A model generated the notes under the pieces. That model was not told where the DNA came from. It did not search any database and saw only the letters and a program-made list of their open reading frames with translations. Positions 16,937 to 26,545 of a DNA stretch of 32,000 nucleotides are shown piece after piece (the stretch's first letter is position 1; each line of letters opens with the position of its first letter). A program made the translations under genes and the position numbers. Origin of the DNA: Geotalea uraniireducens Rf4 (GTDB lineage: Bacteria > Desulfobacterota > Desulfuromonadia > Geobacterales > Geobacteraceae); the NCBI RefSeq assembly GCF_000016745.1, contig NC_009483.1, positions 2,520,001 through 2,552,000 of the forward strand, in the 5' to 3' direction.

Positions 16937-17829
16937 TACGACTTCCGTTTAACGATATAGGTTGCGATGTCACGGAGCGGATCGGCCCGATGGTCAAAGC
17001 CAGCCAACGACTCCAGCGCCATGTCAACCAGTTCCACGGCACGCTTCTTCGACTCTGCAAGGCCCATGACCGCCGGGTAGGTTGCCTTCCCCCGCGCTTC
17101 ATCACTGCCTGCATCCTTGCCGATCTCTTCGGTGGTCCCTTCGATGTCGAGGATGTCGTCGGCAATCTGGAACGCCAGGCCGATTGCCTCCCCATACGTG
17201 GTGAGGGAGGCCAGCCTTGCTTCATCAGCACCGCCGAGTATGGCCCCAGCTTTTACCGATGCCTTGATCAGGGCGCCGGTCTTATGGGTGTGAATATACT
17301 GCACCGTTGCCAGATCCATTTCGGCCTTCCCTTCACTCTCCATATCCACGACCTGTCCGCCGACCATGCCGTGAGACCCGGCACAGTGCGATATTTCCTG
17401 AATGACCCGTAAAACCGCCTCCGGCGGCAGCGAAGCGCTTGGCTCTACTCTGCTCATGAGGATAAAGGCTTCGGTAAGGAGGGCGTCGCCGGCCAATATG
17501 GCGATTGCCTCGCCGAAAACCTTGTGATTAGTGGGATTGCCGCGGCGGAAGTCATCGTCATCCATGGCCGGCAGATCATCATGAATCAACGAATAGGTAT
17601 GAATCATCTCCATGGCGCAGGCAGCTGGCATTGCCAGAGAAATGTCCCCACCGACCGCATCGCAGGCAGCAAGCATCAGTATCGGCCGAATTCGCTTGCC
17701 GCCGGCAAAAACCGAATAACGCATGGATTTATGCAGAGAAAAAGGGAGCTCATCGGCTTTCGGCAAGAAACGATCGAGCGCTTCATCAACCAGGGTACAA
17801 CGTTCTTTCAAATAGGCTTTCAAGTCCAT
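16936..17829 (-). CDS. ispA: Farnesyl/geranyl diphosphate synthase (short-chain prenyltransferase)
   Basis: 297 aa. First Asp-rich motif [17 protein letters not shown] and second FQIADDILD. Sits in the classic xseB-ispA-dxs context. Confidence 0.9.
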   Translation of the reverse strand: MDLKAYLKERCTLVDEALDRFLPKADELPFSLHKSMRYSVFAGGKRIRPILMLAACDAVGGDISLAMPAACAMEMIHTYSLIHDDLPAMDDDDFRRGNPTNHKVFGEAIAILAGDALLTEAFILMSRVEPSASLPPEAVLRVIQEISHCAGSHGMVGGQVVDMESEGKAEMDLATVQYIHTHKTGALIKASVKAGAILGGADEARLASLTTYGEAIGLAFQIADDILDIEGTTEEIGKDAGSDEARGKATYPAVMGLAESKKRAVELVDMALESLAGFDHRADPLRDIATYIVKRKS

Positions 17830-17865
17830 AATCTATCTCGTTTCACAGTAATATTGGATTGCCGG

Positions 17866-18096
17866 TTATTCGTCGTCAAGGCGAAACTCTTCCCTGGCAA
17901 AACTGCCGTCCTTCTGCTTAAGCAGCAGTTCTACCCGCTTTTCCGCTTCATTCAGTTTCTTTGAACAGAAGGCGGCCTGTTTGACCCCTTCTTCAAAGGC
18001 CTTCAGAGAATCCTCTAGGGGGAGCTCGCCACCCTCCAGCTTCTTGACCACCTCTTCGAGCTTTTTCAGTGCTGTCTCAAACTTTTCCACTGCCAT
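17866..18096 (-). CDS. xseB: Exodeoxyribonuclease VII small subunit
   Basis: 76 aa helical protein. FETALKKLEEVVKKLEGGELPLEDSLKAFEEGV matches the XseB family pattern. Confidence 0.9.
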   Translation of the reverse strand: MAVEKFETALKKLEEVVKKLEGGELPLEDSLKAFEEGVKQAAFCSKKLNEAEKRVELLLKQKDGSFAREEFRLDDE

Positions 18097-18130
18097 AAAG
18101 GTACTCTTTCTCCGTCTAAAATAAACCGCT

Positions 18131-18158
18131 ATTATACAGATTAGTTAGTATCAGTCAA
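18131..18158 (-). promoter_or_regulatory. Near-consensus sigma-70 promoter for xseB-ispA-dxs (TTGACT-16-TATAAT)
   Basis: Minus strand TTGACTgatactaactaatctgTATAAT. The -10 ends about 34 nt upstream of the xseB ATG, just downstream of the hom terminator. A GGAGAAAGAG Shine-Dalgarno follows. Confidence 0.55.
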
Positions 18159-18231
18159 GAATTGCATGGCGCGGAATCGATTGATGCGCATATCAAAAAA
18201 GCAGTTCACCAGATTCAGGTTTAATCGAGAT

Positions 18232-18268
18232 AAAAAAACCGCCCGTCAGCAATTGCCAATCCGGGCGG
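18232..18268 (-). terminator. Rho-independent terminator after hom
   Basis: Minus strand CCGCCCG-(16-nt loop)-CGGGCGG followed by T7. It lies about 70 nt after the hom stop. Confidence 0.65.
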
Positions 18269-18339
18269 CTCTATCATGTGCACGCGACCCTGCTTCCGGA
18301 GATCATGCAATCCCCTCGTCCCACCTTAAGATCATCAAT

Positions 18340-19650
18340 CTACTCCAGGTTATCCTCTATCCTGATCAGATTGCTCTTCTCCTTGATGAAATCAAAAGCA
18401 TCTATCTCTGCCAGTGCCTTTCTCACATCCATTTCTCTGGCTTCATGGGTCATGATAACGATAGGCACGGTCTCGCTTGCGCTTCTCGCCGTCTGCATCA
18501 TGGACTCGATGCTGATATTGCTGGCGCCCAACGCGCCGGATATTTTCGCCAGCACCCCTGGTCTATCCACCGCATTGAAGCGTATATAATACTTACTGAC
18601 AATTTCACCCATGGGTTTAATGGTCAGTTTTTTCACCCGGTCATCGAGATAGCCGAGAGGGGCAGAGCGTCGTGAAATGCCTGCCAGCATATTTCGGGCA
18701 ATGTCCACCACGTCGCCTATGACGGCACTGGCAGTCGGTTCCATACCTGCGCCGCGGCCGTAGAACATCACCGGGCCGACAAAATCACCGGTCAGGCGGA
18801 TGGCGTTGAATACGCCGTTAACATCGGCAAGGGGATAGTTGACCGGAATCATGGTGGGATGCACCCTGGCTTCGATCCGCTCTCCATCACGCTTGCCTAT
18901 GGCAAGCAGCTTTATCTTGTAACCGAAATCCCGGGCAAAGTTTATGTCGACTGCGGAGATGGAACTGATCCCCTCGGTGGAAATATCCTTCAAATCCACC
19001 CTGGTGCCGAAACAGAGGGAGAGGAGCAGGCAAAGTTTGTGTGCGGTGTCGATACCTTCCACATCAAAGGTCGGGTCTGCTTCGGCATAACCCAGTTCCT
19101 GCGCCGTTTGCAAGACTTCGGCGAAATCCACCCCATCCTGCGTCATCTTGCTGAGAATATAGTTGCAGGTGCCGTTGAGTATGCCGAGGACCGTGCTGAA
19201 GTTGTTTCCTGCCATATTCCCCTTGATGGCGGAAAGGACCGGAATTCCCCCGCCCACCGCTGCTTCAAAGAGAATTTCAACCCCTTTTTGCGCGGCGGCA
19301 GCGTAGATCTCTTCGCCATGGACGGCAAGAAGAGCCTTGTTGGCGGTGATTATGTGCTTGCCGTTGGCAATGGCCTTCAGGACAAAGCTTCTGGCCGGCT
19401 CGTAACCACCAATCAGTTCTATGACTATGGAAATCTCCGGGTCGCAGAGGACTTCGTCCACGTTGGTGGTCAGAACCCCCGGCTCAACGCTTACACCGCG
19501 ATCAGTCGTGATGTCCAGGTCTGCGATTTTCTTTAACGACAGCCTTGCACCCAGCTTTTCTTCCAGGAGAGCGCTGTTTTTTGTCAATAATTTTACAACA
19601 CCGGCGCCGATGGTGCCGAAACCGAGCAAACCAATCTTTATCTCTTTCAT
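18340..19650 (-). CDS. hom: Homoserine dehydrogenase
   Basis: 436 aa. NAD-binding N-terminus IGLLGFGTIGAGV. Homoserine dehydrogenase catalytic core. C-terminal ACT-like domain (YYIRFNAVDRPGVLAKISGALG). Confidence 0.92.
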   Translation of the reverse strand: MKEIKIGLLGFGTIGAGVVKLLTKNSALLEEKLGARLSLKKIADLDITTDRGVSVEPGVLTTNVDEVLCDPEISIVIELIGGYEPARSFVLKAIANGKHIITANKALLAVHGEEIYAAAAQKGVEILFEAAVGGGIPVLSAIKGNMAGNNFSTVLGILNGTCNYILSKMTQDGVDFAEVLQTAQELGYAEADPTFDVEGIDTAHKLCLLLSLCFGTRVDLKDISTEGISSISAVDINFARDFGYKIKLLAIGKRDGERIEARVHPTMIPVNYPLADVNGVFNAIRLTGDFVGPVMFYGRGAGMEPTASAVIGDVVDIARNMLAGISRRSAPLGYLDDRVKKLTIKPMGEIVSKYYIRFNAVDRPGVLAKISGALGASNISIESMMQTARSASETVPIVIMTHEAREMDVRKALAEIDAFDFIKEKSNLIRIEDNLE

Positions 19651-19701
19651 AACACCTCACTTAACGTATCAAAAAAAGGGGTACAACAGGCAAAAACGGT
19701 G

Positions 19702-20139
19702 CTATTCCTTGTCAGGAAGCAACGAGGCAATTTCATCGAGAATCCCGTTGATAAACGCAGGGGAATCATCGGCGCCGAATTTTTTCGCCACCTCTATCGC
19801 TTCATTAATGGTAACGTTTTTGGGAATATCCGGTCGATAGAACAACTCGAACACCGCGAGTCGCAAGATGTTCAGATCGACCCTCGCCATCCTTGAAATC
19901 GACCAGTTTTTCGATTTTTCCTCAATCCTCTGGTCAATGGCCGCACGGTTGGCAACGACACCGTTAACCAGTTCAGCAGCAAAAGAAAATGACCGGGAAT
20001 GCGCATCCACAGCCGGCTCGGACCCGTCGCCAAAGTTTTCCATTATCCGTTTAAGAACGGTCGTACCATCCATGACCTCGACGTCCGAAGAGTACAATGC
20101 CTGGAGGGCCAGTTCTCGCCCTTCTCTTCTACTGCTCAC
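19702..20139 (-). CDS. nusB: Transcription antitermination factor NusB
   Basis: 145 aa. [14 protein letters not shown]-terminus and a NusB-type C-terminal region ([12 protein letters not shown]...FINGILD). The GTG start overlaps the ribH stop (TAGTG). Confidence 0.92.
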   Translation of the reverse strand: MSSRREGRELALQALYSSDVEVMDGTTVLKRIMENFGDGSEPAVDAHSRSFSFAAELVNGVVANRAAIDQRIEEKSKNWSISRMARVDLNILRLAVFELFYRPDIPKNVTINEAIEVAKKFGADDSPAFINGILDEIASLLPDKE

Positions 20140-20606
20140 TACTTTATCCCCTTAAACAGATTTGCCGTTTCAATGGCGGTCACGGCCGAGTCGAAGCCTT
20201 TGTTTCCGGCCTTTGTCCCCGCCCTCTCTACCGCCTGCTCAATGGTGTCGGTAGTCAGGACACCGAAGGCCACCGGTACGCCGCTATCGAGCGAAACATG
20301 GGCGACACCCTTTGAAACTTCAGCGGCAACATAATCGAAATGGGGGGTAGCACCGCGTATCACTGCACCAAGGCAGATTATGGCATCATACCTGCCGGTT
20401 GCCGCCATTTTCTTGGTAGCCAGCGGTATCTCGAATGCCCCCGGAACCCTGGCAACATCGATGTTTTTGTCATCAGCGCCATGACGGATCAGGGCGTCAA
20501 GAGCCCCTTCAAGAAGGCGCTCGGAAATGAAGCTGTTGAAGCGGCCAACTACGATCCCGAACCGAAGCCCTTTCGCATCCAGCTTCCCTTCGATAAATTT
20601 AGGCAT
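20139..20606 (-). CDS. ribH: 6,7-dimethyl-8-ribityllumazine synthase
   Basis: 155 aa. [20 protein letters not shown]..., VPGAFEIP and FGVLTTDT are lumazine synthase signatures. Confidence 0.95.
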   Translation of the reverse strand: MPKFIEGKLDAKGLRFGIVVGRFNSFISERLLEGALDALIRHGADDKNIDVARVPGAFEIPLATKKMAATGRYDAIICLGAVIRGATPHFDYVAAEVSKGVAHVSLDSGVPVAFGVLTTDTIEQAVERAGTKAGNKGFDSAVTAIETANLFKGIK

Positions 20607-20633
20607 AATCCCTCCCGGTTGATTCGTGTAATG

Positions 20634-21836
20634 TCATATGTTTTCCAAGAGATGTCCCAGCTTCTCTCTCTTGGTCTTCAGATATTTAATGTTGCTCTTT
20701 GACGGCTCGATTTCAATGGGCACCCGTTCAACGATGTTGATCCCGTATCCCTCAAGTCCGACGATCTTTTTGGGGTTGTTGGTCATCAGCCGGATCTGCT
20801 TAACCCCGAGGTTGACCAGTATCTGCGCACCGATACCATAATCCCGCAAATCCGCCTTGAAACCGAGCGCCAGATTCGCTTCAACCGTATCCTTTCCCTG
20901 ATCCTGGAGGGCATATGCCTTCAGCTTGTTGATCAACCCTATACCGCGACCTTCCTGACGCATATAGAGAATGACCCCCGTCCCATCCGACTCTATGATT
21001 TCCATGGCGCGGTGCAATTGGTCGGCACAGTCGCAACGTTTGCTGGCAAAGACATCACCGGTCAGGCATTCGGAATGAACCCGTACCAGGACCGGCTCAT
21101 CGCCACGTATCTCACCTTTGATCAGCGCGAGGTGTTCAAGCTTATCGATATCGTTCTCAAAGGCAATTGCTACGAAATCGCCGAGTTGGCTGGGAAGCTT
21201 CACCTCGGCGGCCCGGCGCACCAGTGATTCGTGCTTGAGACGGTACGCAACCAGGTCAGCAATGGTGCAGACTTTGATGCCGTGCTCCTTTGCAAATTTC
21301 TTCAGTTCCGGCATGCGGGCCATGCTCCCGTCATCGTTCATGATCTCGCAAATGACGCCTGCATGCTTGAGCCCCGCCAGCCGTGCAAGATCGACCGAGC
21401 CTTCAGTCTGACCGGCCCGCACCAGTACCCCGCCTTTTTTTGCCCGGAGGGGGAAAACATGGCCCGGACGGGCCAGGTCGTCGGCAGAGGCGTCGTCAGC
21501 CACGGCCGTAAGTATGGTATGGGCCCGGTCGGCAGCGGATATACCGGTAGTAACCCCTTTTTTCGCCTCGATGGAAACTGTAAAGGCGGTGCCGAAGGAA
21601 GAGGTGTTGCTGGAGACCATAGGTGGGAGATTGAGAAGGTCGCACTTGTCACCGGTCAAGGTGAGGCAGACAAGACCTCGACCGTATTTGGCCATAAAGT
21701 TGATCGCCTCGGGAGTGACCTTTTCCGCCGCCATGGTCAGATCTCCCTCGTTTTCCCGGTCTTCATCATCCACCAGGATCACCATCATCCCCTGTCGAAT
21801 ATCCTCAATAGCGTCTTCTATCCTGGCAACCGTCAT
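20634..21836 (-). CDS. ribBA: Bifunctional 3,4-dihydroxy-2-butanone-4-phosphate synthase / GTP cyclohydrolase II
   Basis: DHBP synthase half ([12 protein letters not shown]). GTP cyclohydrolase II half ([13 protein letters not shown]...[12 protein letters not shown]). The start is set at ATG 21836 (M36 of the track ORF) because the extension would overlap ribE. Confidence 0.93.
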   Translation of the reverse strand: MTVARIEDAIEDIRQGMMVILVDDEDRENEGDLTMAAEKVTPEAINFMAKYGRGLVCLTLTGDKCDLLNLPPMVSSNTSSFGTAFTVSIEAKKGVTTGISAADRAHTILTAVADDASADDLARPGHVFPLRAKKGGVLVRAGQTEGSVDLARLAGLKHAGVICEIMNDDGSMARMPELKKFAKEHGIKVCTIADLVAYRLKHESLVRRAAEVKLPSQLGDFVAIAFENDIDKLEHLALIKGEIRGDEPVLVRVHSECLTGDVFASKRCDCADQLHRAMEIIESDGTGVILYMRQEGRGIGLINKLKAYALQDQGKDTVEANLALGFKADLRDYGIGAQILVNLGVKQIRLMTNNPKKIVGLEGYGINIVERVPIEIEPSKSNIKYLKTKREKLGHLLENI

Positions 21837-21918
21837 ACAATAACCTCGTTCCCTGAAAAATATCCGTTTCGTTATTAGTAAAGCAGAACAACACACGCCA
21901 AAACAATTAGTCTTTATG

Positions 21919-22566
21919 TCACATAAAACCGCTTTTTGCAAGAAGTTCCAGCGTGATTCCAGAGCTTTTCGCCTCTCCGCGGCCGGTCAGCAGGCGCTCT
22001 ACGTATTTGGCAAGTATATCCGTTTCGATATTCACCTGATCGCCGACCTGTCTGTATTTAAGGGTGGTATTCGCCGTCGTGTGCGGAATGATGTTCACGG
22101 AAAAACCGTCCTCTGCAACCGCATTTACCGTGAGACTGATGCCGTCGATCGCCACCGACCCCTTGGTTGCAACATACTTAAGGTACTCATGCGCCATGCG
22201 GAAGGAAAAGACCGTATTGCCGGAAATCTCCCGACGGTCGCCGATGGTGGCGACACAGTCCACATGTCCCGAGACGATATGACCGTCAAGGCGGCCGGAA
22301 AGGGGAAGCGCCCGCTCCAGATTGACCGGGGAGCCGTTTTTCATACTCCGCAAGGCGCTCCGCTCAATGGTTTCCGGCGACACATCAAAACCGAAAGTCC
22401 CGGCGCCCTTTTGGGTGACAGTAAGACAGACACCGTTTATGGCAATGGAGTCACCCAATGCGACCTCATCCTGCGGAAAGGCGGCGGCAACAGTCAATAT
22501 GCCTGCAGCGCCGGTCACTTCGAGCTTGACGACCTTGCCAACCTCTTCAATCAGACCTGTAAACAT
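21919..22566 (-). CDS. ribE: Riboflavin synthase (alpha chain)
   Basis: 215 aa. [13 protein letters not shown]-terminus and the duplicated lumazine-binding repeat ([13 protein letters not shown] / [12 protein letters not shown]). Confidence 0.93.
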   Translation of the reverse strand: MFTGLIEEVGKVVKLEVTGAAGILTVAAAFPQDEVALGDSIAINGVCLTVTQKGAGTFGFDVSPETIERSALRSMKNGSPVNLERALPLSGRLDGHIVSGHVDCVATIGDRREISGNTVFSFRMAHEYLKYVATKGSVAIDGISLTVNAVAEDGFSVNIIPHTTANTTLKYRQVGDQVNIETDILAKYVERLLTGRGEAKSSGITLELLAKSGFM

Positions 22567-23657
22567 GCGTTCTCCGGATACCCCTGGACGAGGATATCGC
22601 TTCCTATCTTAGTAATGGAAATGTTTTTCAGCGTTATTGCATCGGCCATAAGCTCTACCCCTTTGCCGGAGAATGGGCCTAAACCTTCGCCGCCGACCAA
22701 TTTCGGCGCATAGAAAAACATGCACTTGTCGATCAACCCGCAACGCAGCGCTTCACCGGCAAGCGCTCCTCCCCCTTCGAGGAGAAGCGACTGCACCCCC
22801 AGTCCGCCGAGCTTGACGAACAAATCGTGGAGATCAACGCGGCCATTCTTCTGCCGACAGCGCAGGACGTCGGCACCAGAAGCCGTTATCCGGGCAGCCT
22901 GCGCTTCATCGTCGGAAATCGTGGCAATAACCGTTTTAGCAGGGGAGTCGACATGAAGAACCTGCGATGACAGTGGAATTCGCAAGGTGGAGTCGACAAT
23001 AACGCGCAGCGGGTCCCTGCCGGCGGGAATTCTGGAGGTAAGAAGCGGGTCATCTGCCATGACGGTGCCGACCCCCACCATTATCGCATCAAGCTTTGCT
23101 CGAAGTTTGTGAACATATTGCCTTGATTTATCACTGGTTATCCATTTGGAGTCTTTACCGGCTGTGGCTGTTTTCCCGTCCAGCGTCATGGCGCTTTTCA
23201 GGATGACAAAAGGAAGGCCGGTGGTCATATGCTTGATGAAAGGCTCGTTCAACGAGCGGCAGTTATCCTCAAGGACGGAAACGACGACCTCAATGCCGGC
23301 CGAGCGGAGCATCGAGATCCCCTCGCCGCATACCCTGGGATTGGGATCAACCATGCCGATATGGACCCTGCACACCTTCGCCGCTATGAGTGCATCCGCG
23401 CAAGGCGGAGTCTTTCCGAAGTGGGCGCACGGTTCAAGGGTGACATAGACATCGGCGCCCCGGGCCATTTCGCCGGCTTGTCGCAACGCATGGACCTCGG
23501 CATGGGGGGTACCGGCCTTTTTATGCCACCCCTCCCCCACAACCGCGCCGTCTTTAACAATCACGCACCCTACCGTCGGGTTCGGCGCAGTTCTGCCAAT
23601 CCCCCGTTTCGCCAGGACAATGGCGCGTTTCATCATTTTTTCGTGAAAATGTTCCAT
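22551..23657 (-). CDS. ribD: Bifunctional riboflavin biosynthesis deaminase/reductase RibD
   Basis: 368 aa. CDA-type zinc motifs HAEVHAL and PCAHFGKTPPC. C-terminal RibD reductase domain. Overlaps ribE by 16 nt. Confidence 0.93.
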   Translation of the reverse strand: MEHFHEKMMKRAIVLAKRGIGRTAPNPTVGCVIVKDGAVVGEGWHKKAGTPHAEVHALRQAGEMARGADVYVTLEPCAHFGKTPPCADALIAAKVCRVHIGMVDPNPRVCGEGISMLRSAGIEVVVSVLEDNCRSLNEPFIKHMTTGLPFVILKSAMTLDGKTATAGKDSKWITSDKSRQYVHKLRAKLDAIMVGVGTVMADDPLLTSRIPAGRDPLRVIVDSTLRIPLSSQVLHVDSPAKTVIATISDDEAQAARITASGADVLRCRQKNGRVDLHDLFVKLGGLGVQSLLLEGGGALAGEALRCGLIDKCMFFYAPKLVGGEGLGPFSGKGVELMADAITLKNISITKIGSDILVQGYPENACLQV

Positions 23658-23698
23658 CGCTGTAATGTTTCAAAAGCAGCCGATTCGGCGCTCCCCGG

Positions 23699-24151
23699 TT
23701 ATTTCTTCAACAGATCCTGCAACTCGGACATAAATTCAGTGATATCCTTGAATGACCGGTAAACCGAAGCAAAGCGCACATAAGCGACCTGATCAATGGA
23801 ATGCAGTTCAGCCATCACCCATTCCCCCAGGGATTTACTCGGTATCTCCTTCTCACCGCTTTCCTGCATCTGTATTTCAAGACGATCAACGAGCCGCTCA
23901 ATCGTCTCCACGGAAACAGGTCGTTTCTCGCACGCCTTCTGAATACCGGCAACTAGTTTCATCCGGTCAAAAGGTTCGCGCCTGCCGTCCTTTTTGATAA
24001 CGAGCGGCAATATTTCTTCCACCCGTTCATGGGTTGTAAATCTCTTACCGCAAGATTCACACTCCCGCCGCCTTCTTATGGTAGAACCGCCCTTGTCAGG
24101 TCGAGAATCTACTACCTTACTGTCAGCAAAAGCACAGAAAGGACATTTCAT
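23699..24151 (-). CDS. nrdR: Transcriptional repressor NrdR
   Basis: 150 aa. MKCPFC...VVDSR...[15 protein letters not shown] zinc ribbon followed by an ATP-cone. Confidence 0.95.
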   Translation of the reverse strand: MKCPFCAFADSKVVDSRPDKGGSTIRRRRECESCGKRFTTHERVEEILPLVIKKDGRREPFDRMKLVAGIQKACEKRPVSVETIERLVDRLEIQMQESGEKEIPSKSLGEWVMAELHSIDQVAYVRFASVYRSFKDITEFMSELQDLLKK

Positions 24152-24618
24152 AACTCCTCCACTTGAGAGATCTTCTCGGGAAACCTGTCGATAACAACGC
24201 CGGACTCCTTGATCATCTCCTCGGCCAGTTGATCCGGATACCCGACTTCATAGACAATTCGTTTTATCCCTGCATTTATCACCATCTTTGAACAGATAAT
24301 ACAAGGCAAGGTCGTACAATAGAGTGTCGAGCCATCAATGGTGGTGCCATGCTTGGCTGCCTGAATTATGGCGTTTTGTTCGGCATGGAGTCCGCGACAC
24401 AACTCATGGCGCTCGCCAGAGGGGATGTTGAGCTTTTCCCGCAGACACCCCACGTCCAGACAGTGTGATACACCGGATGGAGCGCCGTTATAACCGGTTG
24501 CCAGGATATTCTTGTCCTTGACGATTACGGCTCCCACCTGCCTGCGCAGGCAGGTGGAGCGCTTGGCTACGAGGTGGGTTATCTCCATAAAATATTCATC
24601 CCAGCTTGGACGGCTCAT
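24148..24618 (-). CDS. dCMP/deoxycytidylate deaminase family protein
   Basis: Zinc motifs HAEQNAI and PCIICSKM. N-terminus [12 protein letters not shown] is typical of ComEB/dCMP deaminases. ATG 24618 (GGAG 8 nt upstream) is preferred to the GTG at 24627. The stop overlaps the nrdR start (ATGA). Confidence 0.88.
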   Translation of the reverse strand: MSRPSWDEYFMEITHLVAKRSTCLRRQVGAVIVKDKNILATGYNGAPSGVSHCLDVGCLREKLNIPSGERHELCRGLHAEQNAIIQAAKHGTTIDGSTLYCTTLPCIICSKMVINAGIKRIVYEVGYPDQLAEEMIKESGVVIDRFPEKISQVEEL

Positions 24619-24647
24619 AACGATCACTCCGCAACAAAATTTACGTC

Positions 24648-24676
24648 AAGATAACTGATATGTATTGAGAGGTCAA
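24648..24676 (-). promoter_or_regulatory. Weak sigma-70 promoter candidate for the deaminase-nrdR-rib string (TTGACC-17-TATCTT)
   Basis: Minus strand TTGACCtctcaatacatatcagtTATCTT. It lies about 30 nt upstream of ATG 24618, immediately after the upstream terminator. Confidence 0.3.
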
Positions 24677-24703
24677 GAATTCCGAGGAGTTGTGCAAATA
24701 TAT

Positions 24704-24732
24704 AAAAAGCGCCGACTAAGCGGCGCTTTTTA
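24704..24732 (-). terminator. Rho-independent (bidirectional-looking) terminator after the multi-TM gene
   Basis: AAAAA-GCGCCG-actaag-CGGCGC-TTTTT. It lies 27 nt beyond the stop at 24759. Confidence 0.75.
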
Positions 24733-24758
24733 TTGTTGCTGCCCGTGTGGCTGTATAA

Positions 24759-25502
24759 CTACCTCAACAATCTAAAGAGATAAATAAAGGTGCCGCCAAC
24801 GGAAAGGCCCGACAACAATCCCCCGACCTGATTCACCATGATGGAGAAGTTCACCCGGCCGGGATAGTCGACGTTGTGATAGGCGCCGATGCTCTGCATG
24901 AACAAGTGCCAGTCACTATCCCAGCAAAATACCTGCAGATAGAGTTCCGATCCCTTCCAGAGCAGGATGCAGACGAACACCGCCCCGAAGGCGATAAATC
25001 CTCTGGCTATGTCCGAATCACGGATCTGCAGATAGATCTTGCGGATCATGTCGATGTTGATCAGTGAAAGGAATACCCAGTTGGCATTTTCAATCATCTT
25101 GATATTACGGAGGACATTGTAGGTCGGCTCGGGGTTGATGAAGACAAAGACAGCCGATGCCAGGGTCACGGCAAGGGTCCCCAGATAAACAAAGGTTTTA
25201 CTCCCCCCCGTCTCAAGGGTGCGGCTGAACACGTAGTATTCTTGAAAGCCGTGCGTCATGACCATAATGGCCACGGTGCCGATGATGTAGTGAATAGCCG
25301 CCAGTCGCGGATAATCGCTCCACGGCGCCAAAAGATAGGCCTGACTGATGAAGATGAGAAAAAATCCAAGGGAAATACTGGTCCAGATGCGCGCGTTGCC
25401 AATGCTGAAGTAAAAACTGATAACCCCGGCAAGAAACCAGAAAATGACCTGGATGACAGATATCGTTGTTAGGTCTGCAAATAATTCCATTATCCCCTCC
25501 AT
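24759..25502 (-). CDS. Hypothetical integral membrane protein (6-7 predicted TM helices)
   Basis: 247 aa with hydrophobic stretches at roughly 12-34, 39-59, 67-86, 103-122, 139-158, 165-184 and 226-246. I recognise no catalytic motif. An alternative start at ATG 25490 (M5) has a better Shine-Dalgarno (GGAGG, 5-nt spacer). Confidence 0.7.
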   Translation of the reverse strand: MEGIMELFADLTTISVIQVIFWFLAGVISFYFSIGNARIWTSISLGFFLIFISQAYLLAPWSDYPRLAAIHYIIGTVAIMVMTHGFQEYYVFSRTLETGGSKTFVYLGTLAVTLASAVFVFINPEPTYNVLRNIKMIENANWVFLSLINIDMIRKIYLQIRDSDIARGFIAFGAVFVCILLWKGSELYLQVFCWDSDWHLFMQSIGAYHNVDYPGRVNFSIMVNQVGGLLSGLSVGGTFIYLFRLLR

Positions 25503-25509
25503 TCAGAGA

Positions 25510-26466
25510 TCAACCGTTCACTCGGTTGAAAATTTCATTTTTCATGAGATCGCTCATTTCCTTTAACTTGGAAAGACTGGTCAACAATTTTGACGATTTT
25601 TCCACTCCAGCCAGAAATTTCGTAACCTCTTCGGCATTAAGAAGAGCGTCTCTGCCGCCTCGCTCGCTTAATTCCTTGTCGACAAGGGTCCGCCCCACTT
25701 TTCCCAGGTAGGCAACAGCAACCTCTTTCAAATCGTCTTCCAGTTCTCGAAGCCTTTCGTTCTGTTGCACGCTATCGCGCTCTTGAGCTTCCTTACTGAG
25801 TTGCTCCATTTGGGCAGTATAACGGATTTTAGTCGAGTCCCAAATCTTATCGATGTTGACCATTTCAAGAAGATCATAGAGCATCAACTCATCGGCGCTT
25901 TTAGTCGACAAGACATCGATTTTTGCGCCGGGCAATCCGGCAATTTTCTGTGATTCGCTGGCGGAGGTCTCAATATCGTTGGAACCATCGTGGAAAAAAC
26001 CGAGGGGCGCACCTTCCTTATAAAAGATCAAGGCAGATCTGTCTTCTGTGTATATGCGCAAGCAGCCGTTTAATTGGCGAACCTTCATTTTTTCCAAAAG
26101 GCCCTTGATATCGATAAGCTTGAGTTCCTGTCCTTTAAACAGCACTTCTCCGTGCAAAAGTGCATGCAACCCCATGACCAGATCCTTGGAAAGACGATAG
26201 ACCGAAAGACTTCCGCCGCCAGCCAGGATTTGATTGCTGAGCTCGGCAATCGCCTCAAAACCGGAAAGTCTGGCTTTATCAAGCTCATGCAACGCACTGA
26301 TAAGTTTTCCCCCTTCGAAGAAAAGTATCCCGCTCGATGATGGAAAAATAAAATTAAGGTAACCGGTGAAACCTCCACCTTTCAACTTGTCGAGCATTTC
26401 GGGAAGCTTGACCTTGGCAGCTGCAATATTTTCGTATAGTGGATTTCCCTTAGGTAGGAGGAACAT
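25510..26466 (-). CDS. Hypothetical protein with two PATAN/DUF4388-like repeats and a helical C-terminal region
   Basis: 318 aa with AAGGAG 7 nt upstream. Internal duplication: LDKLKGGGFTGYLNFIFPSSSGILFFEGGKLISA versus LLEKMKVRQLNGCLRIYTEDRSALIFYKEGAPLGFF. The C-terminal ~110 aa are rich in E/K/L (coiled-coil-like). The domain assignment rests on motif resemblance only. Confidence 0.6.
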   Translation of the reverse strand: MFLLPKGNPLYENIAAAKVKLPEMLDKLKGGGFTGYLNFIFPSSSGILFFEGGKLISALHELDKARLSGFEAIAELSNQILAGGGSLSVYRLSKDLVMGLHALLHGEVLFKGQELKLIDIKGLLEKMKVRQLNGCLRIYTEDRSALIFYKEGAPLGFFHDGSNDIETSASESQKIAGLPGAKIDVLSTKSADELMLYDLLEMVNIDKIWDSTKIRYTAQMEQLSKEAQERDSVQQNERLRELEDDLKEVAVAYLGKVGRTLVDKELSERGGRDALLNAEEVTKFLAGVEKSSKLLTSLSKLKEMSDLMKNEIFNRVNG

Positions 26467-26545
26467 CCTTTTTCTCCTTATTCAGTTGCAAATATTAGAA
26501 ATAATGCTTTTCAAATATATGTCATAACAAAGTGAAAAGAAAGTA

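Noticed and set aside
21837-21941. 35-codon N-terminal extension of ribBA.
   Set aside because: It would overlap the 3' end of ribE and encodes a Cys/Phe-rich non-homologous leader. [16 protein letters not shown] is the normal DHBP synthase N-terminus.
21916-22713. 265-aa plus-strand ORF, and similar long plus-strand ORFs at 1154-1885, 7783-8460, 16046-16750 and 18859-19536.
   Set aside because: Each lies entirely antisense to a minus-strand gene of unambiguous family (ribE/ribD, cydA, cheA, dxs, hom). The products are Arg/Ser/Gly/Pro-rich strings without motifs, and no Shine-Dalgarno precedes them. They are typical shadow ORFs.
24895-24911. TGGCAC...ATGCA on the minus strand inside the membrane-protein gene; a similar TGGCAG...TGC lies near 18405-18425 inside hom.
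   Set aside because: The GG-to-GC spacing is 11 nt rather than 10. Both are internal to coding sequence with no downstream start codon.
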